A stretch of 64,000 nucleotides of DNA from a virus: the IMG/VR virus record IMGVR_UViG_3300045972_000071, positions 23,618 through 87,617 of that record, one strand, 5' to 3'. The notes beneath the pieces are model-generated. The model saw nothing but the letters and a program-made list of their open reading frames with translations. It had not been told where the DNA came from and ran no database searches. Positions within the stretch are counted from its first letter, which is position 1; each line of letters starts with the position of its first letter. The translations under genes and the position numbers were made by a program. Below, in pieces: positions 16,010 to 25,797 of the stretch.

Positions 16010-17108
16010 ACGCAGGAAACAGATGAAGAATGACATGGCGGACCGTCTGCAAGAATCGTACAACAGCAAAGATTCTTCCGGTAAGTTCAAAAGTATATTC
16101 CTGAAAGACAAGATCGGTAACGTCCAGAAATGGAAAGCGTCCGAAGATGAACACTTCCTGAACATCATCCCATTCATTGCCGGTAACAACATGCCTATCG
16201 TTGACGGTAAGAAACTCGCCGCTGGTAAAGTTGCTCACTGTCTTGATGTGTGGGTACACGGTAAAGTCGGCATCAACGAGGACAGCTACATCTGTCTTGC
16301 TCGCTCTTACGGTGGTAAGTGTCCTATCTGCGAGGAGCAAGCCGAACTCCGCAAACAGGATGATTATGATGATAAGTATGTCAAGTCATTGAATCCTTCT
16401 CGCCGTGTTGTCTACAACATCGAGTGCCTTGATTCTGACAAAGAAGCAAAGAAAGGTTTGCAGTATTTTGAAGTATCACACTACCTCTTTGAAAAAGAAC
16501 TGACTGAAATCGCTAAGAAACCCCGCGGTGGTGGATTCATTACTTATCAGGATCCAGATGATGGCAAGATCGTTTTCTTCCGCAAGAGTGGCAGTGGGCC
16601 AACAAACACAAAATACTCAGCGTTCAAGTTCGAGGACAGAACTGAAATTGTCTCCGATGATATTCTTGATGCCGCTCTTGTTCTTGACGAATGCATTCAC
16701 ATTCCTTCTTATGAAGAAGTGAAAAACGCATTCTACGGTACAGAATCAGAAGTTGACCCTGAGGCTCTGGAAGAGCGCAAGACCGAATCTGAAAGTACAC
16801 GTAGACAATCAGCACCGCCTAAGTTCAAATGCCCTGGCGATCGTCCTACTGACTTCGGTGATCTGGAAGCATGTGATGATTGTCCAGATGTTGACGCTTG
16901 TGAGAAAGAATTGGAAGCTAAGGAAGAAGCCGACCTGGCTGCTAAAACTGCTCAAGAAGAGAAAGCAGAAGTGAAAGAAACCCCCTCGGCTACACGGCGT
17001 GTACGTTCTTCTGCATCTGAGGAAGCGTCTGTTGAGAAAGAGACCGTAGCTGAATCGACTACCGATCAGACTGAAGGTCGCAGACTTCGCCGTAGACCAG
17101 GCGCTTAG
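15996..17108 (+). CDS. Single-stranded DNA-binding protein, T4 gp32-like
   Basis: H..YICL...KCPICE Zn site, DPDDGK..F.K.G.G..TKY, long acidic tail; upstream of RecA. Confidence 0.75.
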   Translation: MKPSERRKQMKNDMADRLQESYNSKDSSGKFKSIFLKDKIGNVQKWKASEDEHFLNIIPFIAGNNMPIVDGKKLAAGKVAHCLDVWVHGKVGINEDSYICLARSYGGKCPICEEQAELRKQDDYDDKYVKSLNPSRRVVYNIECLDSDKEAKKGLQYFEVSHYLFEKELTEIAKKPRGGGFITYQDPDDGKIVFFRKSGSGPTNTKYSAFKFEDRTEIVSDDILDAALVLDECIHIPSYEEVKNAFYGTESEVDPEALEERKTESESTRRQSAPPKFKCPGDRPTDFGDLEACDDCPDVDACEKELEAKEEADLAAKTAQEEKAEVKETPSATRRVRSSASEEASVEKETVAESTTDQTEGRRLRRRPGA

Positions 17109-17110
17109 TC

Positions 17111-18178
17111 ATGGCGGGCATAGTTCGCAGAAGTGTAGGCAACTCCGTAGCATCGGATATCAAAGAAAATAAATCCGATGAATCAACAACACCCAGTGGG
17201 GCTAACGTCCCGACAAACTTTGCAACAACTGTATCCACTGGTTCTACACTTCTCGATCTTGCTATATCAGGAGGCCGTCTCGAAAGGGGCGGCATTCCTG
17301 GTGGCATTATCGTAGAGATATTTGGACCATCCGGTGCAGGAAAATCAGCATTACTCTCAGAACTATCAGCATCTACTCAGTCCCGTGGTGGCAAAGTCAA
17401 ATTCTTGGATCCAGAGGCACGTCTTGACAAAGCGTACACTGAAATTTATGGTGTAAATATCAAAGAGGACTTTGAATATGCACGTCCCGATACTGTATCC
17501 GGTATGTTTGTTGACGAAATATGGAACTGGGATACACCGAATAAAGATGTAATTAACATGATTGCCGCTGACTCACTCGCCGCATTATCTACAAATATGG
17601 AGATGGACAATGACGACGGAGATAAAATGGGAATGCGGAGAGCGAAAGAGTTTTCTGAAGGACTGCGTAAAACTTGCCGTCTTATCGCTCAAAACAACTG
17701 GCTTATTGCCATGTCTAACCAAATCAGAATGGGAGAAGGTGGGAAAGTCACGACACCCGGAGGACATGGCGTTCCATTTTATGCATCGTTGCGAATGCAG
17801 ATTAAGCCCGGATACCCTACATCAAAGATTGTCAAGAAGAAGAAGATGGGCAAAACGGAGGTTTCTAAGGTACTGGGAATCTTATCTGAGGTTACTATCG
17901 TTAAATCATCAGTCGATGATCCTTGGAGAACAGCACCTCTATCTATCATCTTTGGATATGGCATCGACACCATCCGTGACGAGTTGCAGTATTATAAGGA
18001 TCTCACAGGGGAGACCACTTATAATTGCTTTGATAAAACGTATGCCGCAATGGACCCAGCTATCGCTTTCATCGAAGATAATGGATTCAAACGGAAACTC
18101 CAAGATCGAACAATCGGTCTTTGGAACGAAGTGCAAGACAAATTCAAAACTAACCGCAGAGTAAAGGACAGGAGATAA
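17111..18178 (+). CDS. recA: RecA/UvsX-like recombinase
   Basis: STGSTLLDLAI, GGIPGGIIVEIFGPSGAGKS, DSLAAL, NQIR, TTPGG, FYASLR. Confidence 0.93.
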   Translation: MAGIVRRSVGNSVASDIKENKSDESTTPSGANVPTNFATTVSTGSTLLDLAISGGRLERGGIPGGIIVEIFGPSGAGKSALLSELSASTQSRGGKVKFLDPEARLDKAYTEIYGVNIKEDFEYARPDTVSGMFVDEIWNWDTPNKDVINMIAADSLAALSTNMEMDNDDGDKMGMRRAKEFSEGLRKTCRLIAQNNWLIAMSNQIRMGEGGKVTTPGGHGVPFYASLRMQIKPGYPTSKIVKKKKMGKTEVSKVLGILSEVTIVKSSVDDPWRTAPLSIIFGYGIDTIRDELQYYKDLTGETTYNCFDKTYAAMDPAIAFIEDNGFKRKLQDRTIGLWNEVQDKFKTNRRVKDRR

Positions 18179-18179
18179 C

Positions 18180-18467
18180 ATGCAAGTTACGCTTATCAAA
18201 GTAGAAGGTATTTTGTTCGTTGGACAGACCGAAGAGGGTAGACCCTCACTCATTAAAAACCCCAGAATGGTATTTGCAAATCATGAAACCGGAGAAGTCA
18301 GTGTGGCGAAGTGTATTGCTAATCCCAAAGAAATGATGGTACCTACTGCACCGACTTTCGTTTATACCAGCAATGATGCAGAATTTGATAAGTTCTACCT
18401 TGATGCTATAGTAGAAGAAGGTGTAATTATAACCCCTCCTGTGAAGAACATCAAAATAGTTAAGTAA
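18180..18467 (+). CDS. Hypothetical protein
   Basis: AGGAG RBS; 95 aa. Confidence 0.65.
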   Translation: MQVTLIKVEGILFVGQTEEGRPSLIKNPRMVFANHETGEVSVAKCIANPKEMMVPTAPTFVYTSNDAEFDKFYLDAIVEEGVIITPPVKNIKIVK

Positions 18468-18488
18468 AACATATGCATCATTGACATT

Positions 18489-18520
18489 AAAGCACGGAGA
18501 ACTCACTCTCCGTGCTTTTA
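18489..18520 (+). terminator. Rho-independent terminator
   Basis: AAAGCACGGAGA / TCTCCGTGCTTT stem with a T tail. Confidence 0.75.
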
Positions 18521-18535
18521 AAGTGAGGTTTTATA

Positions 18536-19420
18536 ATGCTGAATGACGCAACAATCAACAAAGTGATTATCCTTGATTCAAATGCCGTATGTCACAAAGC
18601 GAAACACTCAATGGAGAGTTTATCCTATGAGGAAAAGAAAGTAGGTATTATCTTCGGGTACTTTGTTCAGATGTTGAAGTTGGCAAAGGATCACAAATCG
18701 AATCAGTTTGCACATACTTGGGACAGTAAAAGTTCCAATCGACTAAAATTGTTTCCTGCTTATAAAGAGAAGCGCAGGATGGGAGTAGATAAGACCGAAG
18801 AAGAAATAGAGTACGATGGATTAGCCTATGAGCAGTTTGATATGATACGTGATGAAATCATTCCAGCCATGGGATTTAAAAATAACTTTCACTATCCTGG
18901 TTTTGAGGGTGATGATCTGATTGCAAGCATCATCGACAACAGCGGGGAAGAGCAAGAACTTGTTATGGTGACCGGTGATGAAGATATGTTTCAGTGTCTT
19001 TGTGATGGTGTTGTAATGCAAAGGAAGAAGGGTGTTTATACTCATAAAGACTTTATGAAAGAGTATGGAATACCTGCTTACAAGTGGGCAGAAGTCAAAG
19101 CAATAGCTGGTTGTTCTACTGATGAAGTGCCAGGTATTCGTGGTGTCGGTGAAAAGACAGCCATTAAGTACTTGCTGAACATGTTGAAACCTACTACCAA
19201 AGCGTTTACTGATATAACTTCACAAGCAGGAAAAGAAATCATTGCCCGTAATCGCAAGTTGGTCACTTTGCCATTTAAAAACACGCCTGATTTAATCTTG
19301 CAGAAAGACACCAAACTATCACTGGATGCTTTCTGTGATGTCTGCAACAAATACTCATTCCAGCACCTTCTTAAAAAGGAGAATCTTTCACAATGGAAAC
19401 GATACCTAAACTTAAAGTAG
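18536..19420 (+). CDS. 5'-3' exonuclease / flap endonuclease (PolI N-terminal, T4 RNase H-like)
   Basis: ILDSN, YKEKR, FEGDDLIA, TGDED, AGCSTDEVPGIRGVGEKTA. Confidence 0.93.
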   Translation: MLNDATINKVIILDSNAVCHKAKHSMESLSYEEKKVGIIFGYFVQMLKLAKDHKSNQFAHTWDSKSSNRLKLFPAYKEKRRMGVDKTEEEIEYDGLAYEQFDMIRDEIIPAMGFKNNFHYPGFEGDDLIASIIDNSGEEQELVMVTGDEDMFQCLCDGVVMQRKKGVYTHKDFMKEYGIPAYKWAEVKAIAGCSTDEVPGIRGVGEKTAIKYLLNMLKPTTKAFTDITSQAGKEIIARNRKLVTLPFKNTPDLILQKDTKLSLDAFCDVCNKYSFQHLLKKENLSQWKRYLNLK

Positions 19421-19845
19421 CCGCAGTGCCTAGTTTTAGAGATATATGTGGATGCGGACATCCTTCATCAGATCACATGACGAAAACATCCTCTGATTAT
19501 GTGAACACAGGTAAATGCACTACTGGCACATGCGATTGTGATGGATTTCACCGTCTTGTAGAACAGCCCGCAGTTGTGTCCACGATCACTGTTAATCCTA
19601 AATCCGCAAAGATTATTAAATTGATGTTTGATGAACTGGAGAAGGCTGACAAGAAGTATCCTCACGATAAAATGTCACGTAAGGAACTGAAATGCTCCCT
19701 CGCCACCGTTAAATGTGAATTTGAAGAATTGAAGCGGGAAACAAAGCGCAAAAAGAGGGATATGAATCTTATGCAGAAAGAGGCTATCCAACTACTTGCA
19801 ATGGCATTCAAATTCAATCGTGATGTTATCTTTGAGAGGGACTAA
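19393..19845 (+). CDS. Hypothetical protein with a Cys/His-rich N-terminus and a helical C-terminus
   Basis: CGCGH..H..C...CDC; start codon uncertain. Confidence 0.55.
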   Translation: METIPKLKVAAVPSFRDICGCGHPSSDHMTKTSSDYVNTGKCTTGTCDCDGFHRLVEQPAVVSTITVNPKSAKIIKLMFDELEKADKKYPHDKMSRKELKCSLATVKCEFEELKRETKRKKRDMNLMQKEAIQLLAMAFKFNRDVIFERD

Positions 19846-20060
19846 TGGCGTTTCCACTGGGAAATAAAATGGGTGGCGGTGGTTATCATGCATACATCAC
19901 CATACCTTTACTGAAAGAAAGAATGCAGGCCTTGAGAATATCCAGAGAAACAATGGAAGCTAGATCAGGTGTGTGCATGACTACTATCCGCAGAGCAAGA
20001 GCAGGGTTTCGTATCAGAAAGCATTTAGCCGATTGTATTGTGGAGGTTCTCCGTGGATGA
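19845..20060 (+). CDS. Small HTH (XRE-like) protein
   Basis: ISRETMEARSGVCMTTIRRA. Confidence 0.6.
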   Translation: MAFPLGNKMGGGGYHAYITIPLLKERMQALRISRETMEARSGVCMTTIRRARAGFRIRKHLADCIVEVLRG

Positions 20061-20087
20061 AACACTGGTATACACAATGATGTCTGC

Positions 20088-20116
20088 TTGACAGTGTATG
20101 ATTTATGATCTATCAT
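20088..20116 (+). promoter_or_regulatory. Sigma70 promoter of the HNH3 cassette
   Basis: TTGACA-17nt-TATCAT. Confidence 0.75.
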
Positions 20117-20143
20117 GTACTTACTAAATAACTAGGAGGTACT

Positions 20144-20779
20144 ATGAGAGGTAAGAAAGTATGTAAAATTGAAGGATGTGGTGCTTACTGTTTTGGTAAT
20201 GGTCTGTGTGGCAAGCATTATAGACAAATGCGGGATTACGGTAAAATATTTGCACGAACTATAAAAGACCCAAATGATTTTATAATAGATGGTTCTATAT
20301 GCAGAATAGGATGTTATGATTTGAAACATAATTTAAAAGGATATATAATAATAGATGCAGAGGACAGTGAAAAATGTAAACCGTTCAAATGGAATATGGG
20401 AACCGGTGGTCCTGTAGCTAAAGGAATAGTTTTGACTAATTTGATAATGAATAATGACCCAACTACAAAATTGGTAGTGGATCACAAAGATAGGAATACT
20501 TGGGATAATAGGAAAGACAACCTCAGAATATGTACAGTTAAGGAAAACGCCAGAAATAGGGTTCATCCTAAAAATAAATCAGGTTACCGTGGAGTATCTT
20601 GGAGTAATAAAGAAAATAAATGGATTGCCACGATTCAACACGATAGTAAGCAAATGAGATTAGGATGTTTTACCGATATAATCGAAGCGGCAAAAATGTA
20701 TAATATGATGGCAAAGGAGCTACACGGTGAGTTTGCGGTTCTGAATAAAATTCCACTTATTAGGAGAAGAAATGGTTGA
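20144..20779 (+). mobile_element. Free-standing HNH-AP2 homing endonuclease 3
   Basis: CKIEGC..CGKHY, IIDAED, VDHKDRNTWDNRKDNLR, SGYRGVSW..AKELHGEFA. Confidence 0.92.
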
Positions 20780-21041
20780 CACCTATATGTTAATGACGCC
20801 GGAAGATACTTATGATATTACCCTTATATCCACTATAGAAGTCCTCTTGCAAAAGCTACGTGCAAGACAGAAAGACAAGAAACGTCTGTACCGTCTTGAG
20901 CAGGTAAACAGCGCACTTGTGACATTTGAAAATATGTATGAGGGGTGCATTCCAGAAGAATATTCTCATAAGGCACAAGCATTCGATGATATAGTAAATT
21001 CAGCATTGAGAGACTTGCAAATCATTCGAGGTGATAAGTGA
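20772..21041 (+). CDS. Hypothetical protein
   Basis: AGGAG RBS inside the HNH3 tail. Confidence 0.6.
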   Translation: MVDTYMLMTPEDTYDITLISTIEVLLQKLRARQKDKKRLYRLEQVNSALVTFENMYEGCIPEEYSHKAQAFDDIVNSALRDLQIIRGDK

Positions 21042-21697
21042 TAGTCATAGGAATTGACCAATCAAAACGATCTACTGCGGTGACAGCCCTGGATGAATAT
21101 GGTGATCTGTTTGGATTCTGTTTGATAAACCCCCCTCTGTACTATGACGGGGAAAAGCTGATAAATTATCAGTGGGAAAAACTGAGTTCATTCTTAGATA
21201 GTATGCCCAATGATGAAATAGTCATAGCCCTAGAGGGTGCGGCATTTGCCGCTGGTGGTGCTTCAAGTGATCTTCTGTGGGGTATTCAGTGGTACATCAG
21301 AACACGCATACATGTTGAGTTTCCAGGGGTACCGATAGGTATTATAACTCCAGCTACTTGGCGTTCAAAGATTCTCCCTGCATCTGAACAAAGAGAATGG
21401 AAAGCGAAGTGCGGGGGCAAGATTGGGCTGAAACACGGAGTAGTTGCAGTTACTCCGGAGTATATCAGATTACGATTTGAAGCATATCTGGAAGGTATCA
21501 AAGCAATCATCCTGGTGGCAAAAGGGAAAGAACCCGACAGCAGAAGTAAAGTGTATAAGGAATGCCTGTTCGATCTTTGTGATTCCTGGGGCATTGCTCA
21601 ACACCGATTGTCACTTACGAAAAAGACAGCAAAGTTTGTTCCTGCACCGGCACCTAAAATGAGTAATATCAAAAGGAGATTCCCTAATGCTCAATGA
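21038..21697 (+). CDS. RuvC-like Holliday junction resolvase
   Basis: VIGIDQS..TAV, ALEG, TPATWRS, DLCDSWGIA. Confidence 0.8.
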   Translation: MIVIGIDQSKRSTAVTALDEYGDLFGFCLINPPLYYDGEKLINYQWEKLSSFLDSMPNDEIVIALEGAAFAAGGASSDLLWGIQWYIRTRIHVEFPGVPIGIITPATWRSKILPASEQREWKAKCGGKIGLKHGVVAVTPEYIRLRFEAYLEGIKAIILVAKGKEPDSRSKVYKECLFDLCDSWGIAQHRLSLTKKTAKFVPAPAPKMSNIKRRFPNAQ

Positions 21698-22781
21698 ATT
21701 AGAGATAAGGAATTACCAATCTCATAAGCATACTTCTCTTTCATTTCATCCTGGAATGAATGTCATTACCGGAACATCTGATTCCGGTAAATCTGCCATT
21801 ATGCGCTCCATGCTTTGGGCATTGAAGAACAGACCTGCAGGAGAATCTTTCAAGAACTGGGGTGCGAGCGCAACAGATGTCGTTGATGTGTCCATGGAAT
21901 TTGATAATGACTATTTTACTAAGTCTCGTATAAAAGGGAAAAATAGTTATGAAACAGAAACGGACACTTATGAAGCACTACGGTCTGATGTACCTGACGC
22001 CATAAATGCCATTGCAAACATAACCGACTATAACATTCAGACACAATTTCAACCTTACTTCATGTTGCAAGATTCTGCCGGTGATCGTGCTAAACAGTTA
22101 AACACACTTGTTGGTCTGGACATCATTGATTCTCTTTTTAAGAAACTGAATGGTAAGATTCAAGTCACAAAGACTTCGGTCAAAAGTTGTGAGGGATCCA
22201 TTGTTAAAATCCAGGAACAGATTGACAGTGTTCAAGACCTGACTTCTATCGTGCAAACGACTGACAGAATGACTCTGACTATAGACAGCTATGAGAAAAT
22301 GAAGGAGAGTGTGCGCTCCTTAAGCGAGAGCATCGGTAAATTAGTTGAGATTGACAGACAAATCACTGAAAAGTCCGAAATCCTAAAATCTGAACGCCCT
22401 CACCATCTGTTACAGAACAAAGTAGAATCACACCAGATTGATAAACTTCTTTGTGAAACATTAGCCGGGGATATTAAGAATCTGGTTAATACCAATGATA
22501 ATTTAGATGATGATGTTGAGTGGTTGCAGATTGAGAAACCATATACCTCTCTTATAAATAAATGTAAAGAACGATCAGATTGGCAGTTTGACCTTAAGGA
22601 CTTAAATGCAGATGTAAATGTTTTGTTGGATTTAACTAACAAAATTAGAAATGTAGGTACTGATTTAAGTGATATTATAAAGCTGTATACTGACAAACTT
22701 GCAGAAGAGAAGGTATGCCCTACATGCATGAGTAAGATAGGTTCTTTAACCTTAGAAAACATAAAAAGGAGTTTGGCATGA
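21687..22781 (+). CDS. SbcC/Rad50-like ATPase, N-terminal half
   Basis: IRNYQSH, Walker A GTSDSGKS, Q-loop and coiled coil, ending just after the CPTC zinc hook. Confidence 0.88.
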   Translation: MLNELEIRNYQSHKHTSLSFHPGMNVITGTSDSGKSAIMRSMLWALKNRPAGESFKNWGASATDVVDVSMEFDNDYFTKSRIKGKNSYETETDTYEALRSDVPDAINAIANITDYNIQTQFQPYFMLQDSAGDRAKQLNTLVGLDIIDSLFKKLNGKIQVTKTSVKSCEGSIVKIQEQIDSVQDLTSIVQTTDRMTLTIDSYEKMKESVRSLSESIGKLVEIDRQITEKSEILKSERPHHLLQNKVESHQIDKLLCETLAGDIKNLVNTNDNLDDDVEWLQIEKPYTSLINKCKERSDWQFDLKDLNADVNVLLDLTNKIRNVGTDLSDIIKLYTDKLAEEKVCPTCMSKIGSLTLENIKRSLA

Positions 22782-22987
22782 CAAAGGTAAAAGTAATCAG
22801 GAATTTAGATTTACCAACTAAAGCCCCACTATCATTGACTATATCTATTTGGTTGCTTCTGGATAGATTACAAGTAAGTCCTGTATGGATGGGTGTGTAC
22901 TACACAATATTTACCGTTATATGGATTAGTATAATCACCTCCTTTGTTATGCAGGAATCTGTACCCGTCAAATTTGAGGAGAAATAA
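22778..22987 (+). CDS. Small membrane protein
   Basis: Two hydrophobic segments; coupled to both neighbours. Confidence 0.6.
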   Translation: MTKVKVIRNLDLPTKAPLSLTISIWLLLDRLQVSPVWMGVYYTIFTVIWISIITSFVMQESVPVKFEEK

Positions 22988-23502
22988 TGAGCCGACATCT
23001 TATCATAGTTAATGGTTATCCTAAGTCCGGCAAAGATGCCTTCGTTGACTACTGTTGCAGTGCGTTGGAAGATACACCGTACTGGACACGCAATGTATCA
23101 AGCGTTGATAACGTGAAGAAAGCGGCCTTGTTGTTAGGTTGGGACGGGGCTAAGGATGAATCTGGACGTAACTTCCTTTCAGAACTGAAAGATTTAAGTA
23201 CCCACACGTATGACGGTCCCATGCAATACATGCGGAGCGTGATTGAGTCTGTTCCAGAAACACACAATTTTGCTCTGTTCTTTCACATCCGAGAACCAGA
23301 AGAAATAGCAAAGTTTGTCACTTTGTATCCAAATACTATCACGGTGTGTGTTCACCGAATAGAATCAGAGAAAACATACATGAACACTGGTGACCGGAAT
23401 GTACTTGCTTATCCATATGATAAGCACATTGAAAACTATACCACTTTACGTGATCTGAAAGAGAAGGCTAACAAATTTGTGGAGGAATTAATATGCGAGT
23501 AG
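22987..23502 (+). CDS. P-loop kinase (dNMP-kinase-like)
   Basis: NGYPKSGKD, R.FL..LK, HIREPEE. Confidence 0.7.
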   Translation: MSRHLIIVNGYPKSGKDAFVDYCCSALEDTPYWTRNVSSVDNVKKAALLLGWDGAKDESGRNFLSELKDLSTHTYDGPMQYMRSVIESVPETHNFALFFHIREPEEIAKFVTLYPNTITVCVHRIESEKTYMNTGDRNVLAYPYDKHIENYTTLRDLKEKANKFVEELICE

Positions 23503-24179
23503 TATTGATGGAACACACCCCTAATCCTGAGAAAGTAGTGGCACGTGCTGCCAAACAATGTTACTCTGCAGGATTCGTTGGTGATGATTTTGTTGAAAAT
23601 GCCGTTCATGATTGTACCGGTGCTGATATTAAACGCATTCGTGACGTATTTGCCAACGGTCACCTGTCCTGCTTTGAACACGCATCATTCACTTTTGCTA
23701 TTGAAGGTATTTCCAGAGCATGTTCCCACCAGCTTGTTCGTTTCCGTGTCGCTTCATTCAGTCAACAATCACAGCGGTACTGTCAGCTAGGTGAGAACTT
23801 TGCTTATGTTATCCCGCCATCCATTCAGAATAACCCAGAAGCGAAAAAACTGTTTGTTCGCACCATGCTTGAATTGAGCAAGACCTATGAAATTCTTATC
23901 GCTAATGGAATACCTGCTGAGGATGCAAGGTTTGTCGCACCCAATGCCACAGAAACGAATATCGTAATGACCATGAATGCTAGGGAGTTACTCCACGCAT
24001 TCAGTCTGCGGTGCTGTACACACGCTCAATGGGAAATTCGTGATATGTTCAATACGATGCTCCCAATGTGTAAAGAAGCGGCACCACTTCTGTTTGAGAA
24101 TGCGGGTGCGCCTTGTGATGTAAAGGGAACATGTCCTGAAGGTACTCGTTCATGTGGTAAAATTAACAATGCAGTTTAG
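23493..24179 (+). CDS. thyX: Flavin-dependent thymidylate synthase
   Basis: GHLSCFEH, SRACSHQLVR.R.ASFSQQSQRY, EDARF, MNAREL, AQWEIR. Confidence 0.95.
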   Translation: MRVVLMEHTPNPEKVVARAAKQCYSAGFVGDDFVENAVHDCTGADIKRIRDVFANGHLSCFEHASFTFAIEGISRACSHQLVRFRVASFSQQSQRYCQLGENFAYVIPPSIQNNPEAKKLFVRTMLELSKTYEILIANGIPAEDARFVAPNATETNIVMTMNARELLHAFSLRCCTHAQWEIRDMFNTMLPMCKEAAPLLFENAGAPCDVKGTCPEGTRSCGKINNAV

Positions 24180-24369
24180 TATAAGGCATAAGTATCACAA
24201 AACTGGATCTGTATTTTCGGAAGAAGATGCCCCTGACTGGTTGACTGGAGTTAATACAGTCAGGGGTTCAACTATGGATTGCAGGTGGTTCTGGACAGAC
24301 CATGTACTTACTCTTGAAGTAGGAAAGAGTGTTGACACTGATTTTCATACAATAACCAGACTAGTATAA
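24169..24369 (+). CDS. Hypothetical protein
   Basis: Overlaps the thyX end and fills the gap. Confidence 0.5.
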   Translation: MQFSIRHKYHKTGSVFSEEDAPDWLTGVNTVRGSTMDCRWFWTDHVLTLEVGKSVDTDFHTITRLV

Positions 24370-24379
24370 GAGGTGCAAC

Positions 24380-24595
24380 ATGGCAGATGATAAAGTGGTC
24401 CAATTACCTGGTACACAACAGAAGATTCCATTTGTTCAGTTAGTTAAACAGATGGTTGAAGAACTTCCGGCACAAATTGAGTATTACCGTTGTGTTGCTA
24501 AGATCAAGAAGTCATATCAGAAAGACTTGATTGCTGAGGGGTTTACCAAAGATGAAGCATTCACTCTAGTCAGAGATATTTTCACAGGTAAATGA
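24380..24595 (+). CDS. Hypothetical protein
   Basis: GAGG RBS; L..EGFT.DEA motif. Confidence 0.65.
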   Translation: MADDKVVQLPGTQQKIPFVQLVKQMVEELPAQIEYYRCVAKIKKSYQKDLIAEGFTKDEAFTLVRDIFTGK

Positions 24596-24641
24596 AATAC
24601 ATGTTATTATCATAATAGATATTGAATTTAGTGAGGGTGTT

Positions 24642-25556
24642 ATGAAAATATTATGTGCGGGTGATCAGCACTGGACAACAACTAAACCCAAGAACAGAAC
24701 TGATGATTACTACAAAACTGTTCTGGATAAACTCCAGCAAGAATGTGAGATTGCTGAGGAGTATTTCTGCAAAGCAATCATCTTCCCTGGTGATCTATTT
24801 GATTCGTTCAAAGAGAACCACGCAATAACACAGGACATTATCAATCTGTTCAAAGATGCCCATATACAGATATTCTGCGTTGCAGGCCAACACGACCAGA
24901 AGTTTCATAACAATGATCTTCGTGGTACTGCGTTAGGAACACTTATTGCCGCAGGGGTTGTCACACTTCTCAGTAGAAGTCCTTACTTTATAGACAGTGT
25001 GGCATTGTACGGTGCTTCTTGGAAAGAAGAGATACCTGAAATTACTGTACCTAATCAAGTAAACATCCTCGTTACCCACAGAATGATTGTAGATGAAAAA
25101 CTGTGGGCCCAACAAGAAGGACATGCTTGGGCAAACCATTTGCTTATCAAGAATAAGTTTGACCTGATTGTATCTGGTGATAATCACAAAAGATTCTCTG
25201 CATCCAAAGGATCACAGCACTTGATTAACTGTGGTGCTATGCTCCGATCATCCATTGCCCAAGTAGAACACAAACCCGCTGTTGCTGTTTATGATACATG
25301 TAAAAACTCGTTTGAATGGGTTGAGTTGGTTATCAAACCCATAGATGAAGTAATGTGTATCGAAAAGGCAGAGAAGGAGAAGGAGAAGAATAAACAGCTT
25401 GAATCGTTTGTATTGTCTCTGAAAGATGCCGAGTTCGGACCGCACGGAGAAGTGCGTATAAAGCTGGATTTTGTTGATGCTCTGACAAAGTATATCGAAG
25501 CAAACGAAGTACCCGATGATGTGGCAGATATAATCTACGAATTACTGGAGAAATAA
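24642..25556 (+). CDS. SbcD/Mre11-like metallophosphoesterase nuclease
   Basis: GDQH, GDLFD, GQHD, VTH, SGDNH, NCG. Confidence 0.9.
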   Translation: MKILCAGDQHWTTTKPKNRTDDYYKTVLDKLQQECEIAEEYFCKAIIFPGDLFDSFKENHAITQDIINLFKDAHIQIFCVAGQHDQKFHNNDLRGTALGTLIAAGVVTLLSRSPYFIDSVALYGASWKEEIPEITVPNQVNILVTHRMIVDEKLWAQQEGHAWANHLLIKNKFDLIVSGDNHKRFSASKGSQHLINCGAMLRSSIAQVEHKPAVAVYDTCKNSFEWVELVIKPIDEVMCIEKAEKEKEKNKQLESFVLSLKDAEFGPHGEVRIKLDFVDALTKYIEANEVPDDVADIIYELLEK

Positions 25557-25557
25557 G

Positions 25558-25797
25558 ATGGCAACTATCCAAGAAGAATTGAATAAACTTGGCAAGGAAA
25601 TTGAAGCTGCCAAGCGTAGTGTCGCTCAACTTGAGGGACGTAAGTCCGAGATTATGGACGGACTCAAAAAGAACTTCAATGTAGATACCATAAGCGGAGC
25701 GGAGTCTCTTCTCAAGACAATGCAGGATAAAGTAACAGCTATGGATGAAGAAATTATGAATGAATTTGAAGCCCTGAAAAGAGACTTCTCATGGTAA
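25558..25797 (+). CDS. Coiled-coil protein between SbcD and the SbcC C-terminal half
   Basis: Heptad pattern; 79 aa. Confidence 0.65.
   Translation: MATIQEELNKLGKEIEAAKRSVAQLEGRKSEIMDGLKKNFNVDTISGAESLLKTMQDKVTAMDEEIMNEFEALKRDFSW

Noticed and set aside
17562-18164. 200-aa alternative-frame ORF inside recA
   Set aside because: Wholly within a well-supported gene; no RBS or motif.
18481-18537. TTGACA and TATAAT separated by a hairpin as a cruciform-dependent promoter
   Set aside because: The TATAAT overlaps the exonuclease start codon, downstream of its RBS; a simple terminator explains the hairpin.
20057-20800. Target-gene duplication around HNH3
   Set aside because: Only a vague resemblance between 20057-20086 and 20772-20801; no peptide match.
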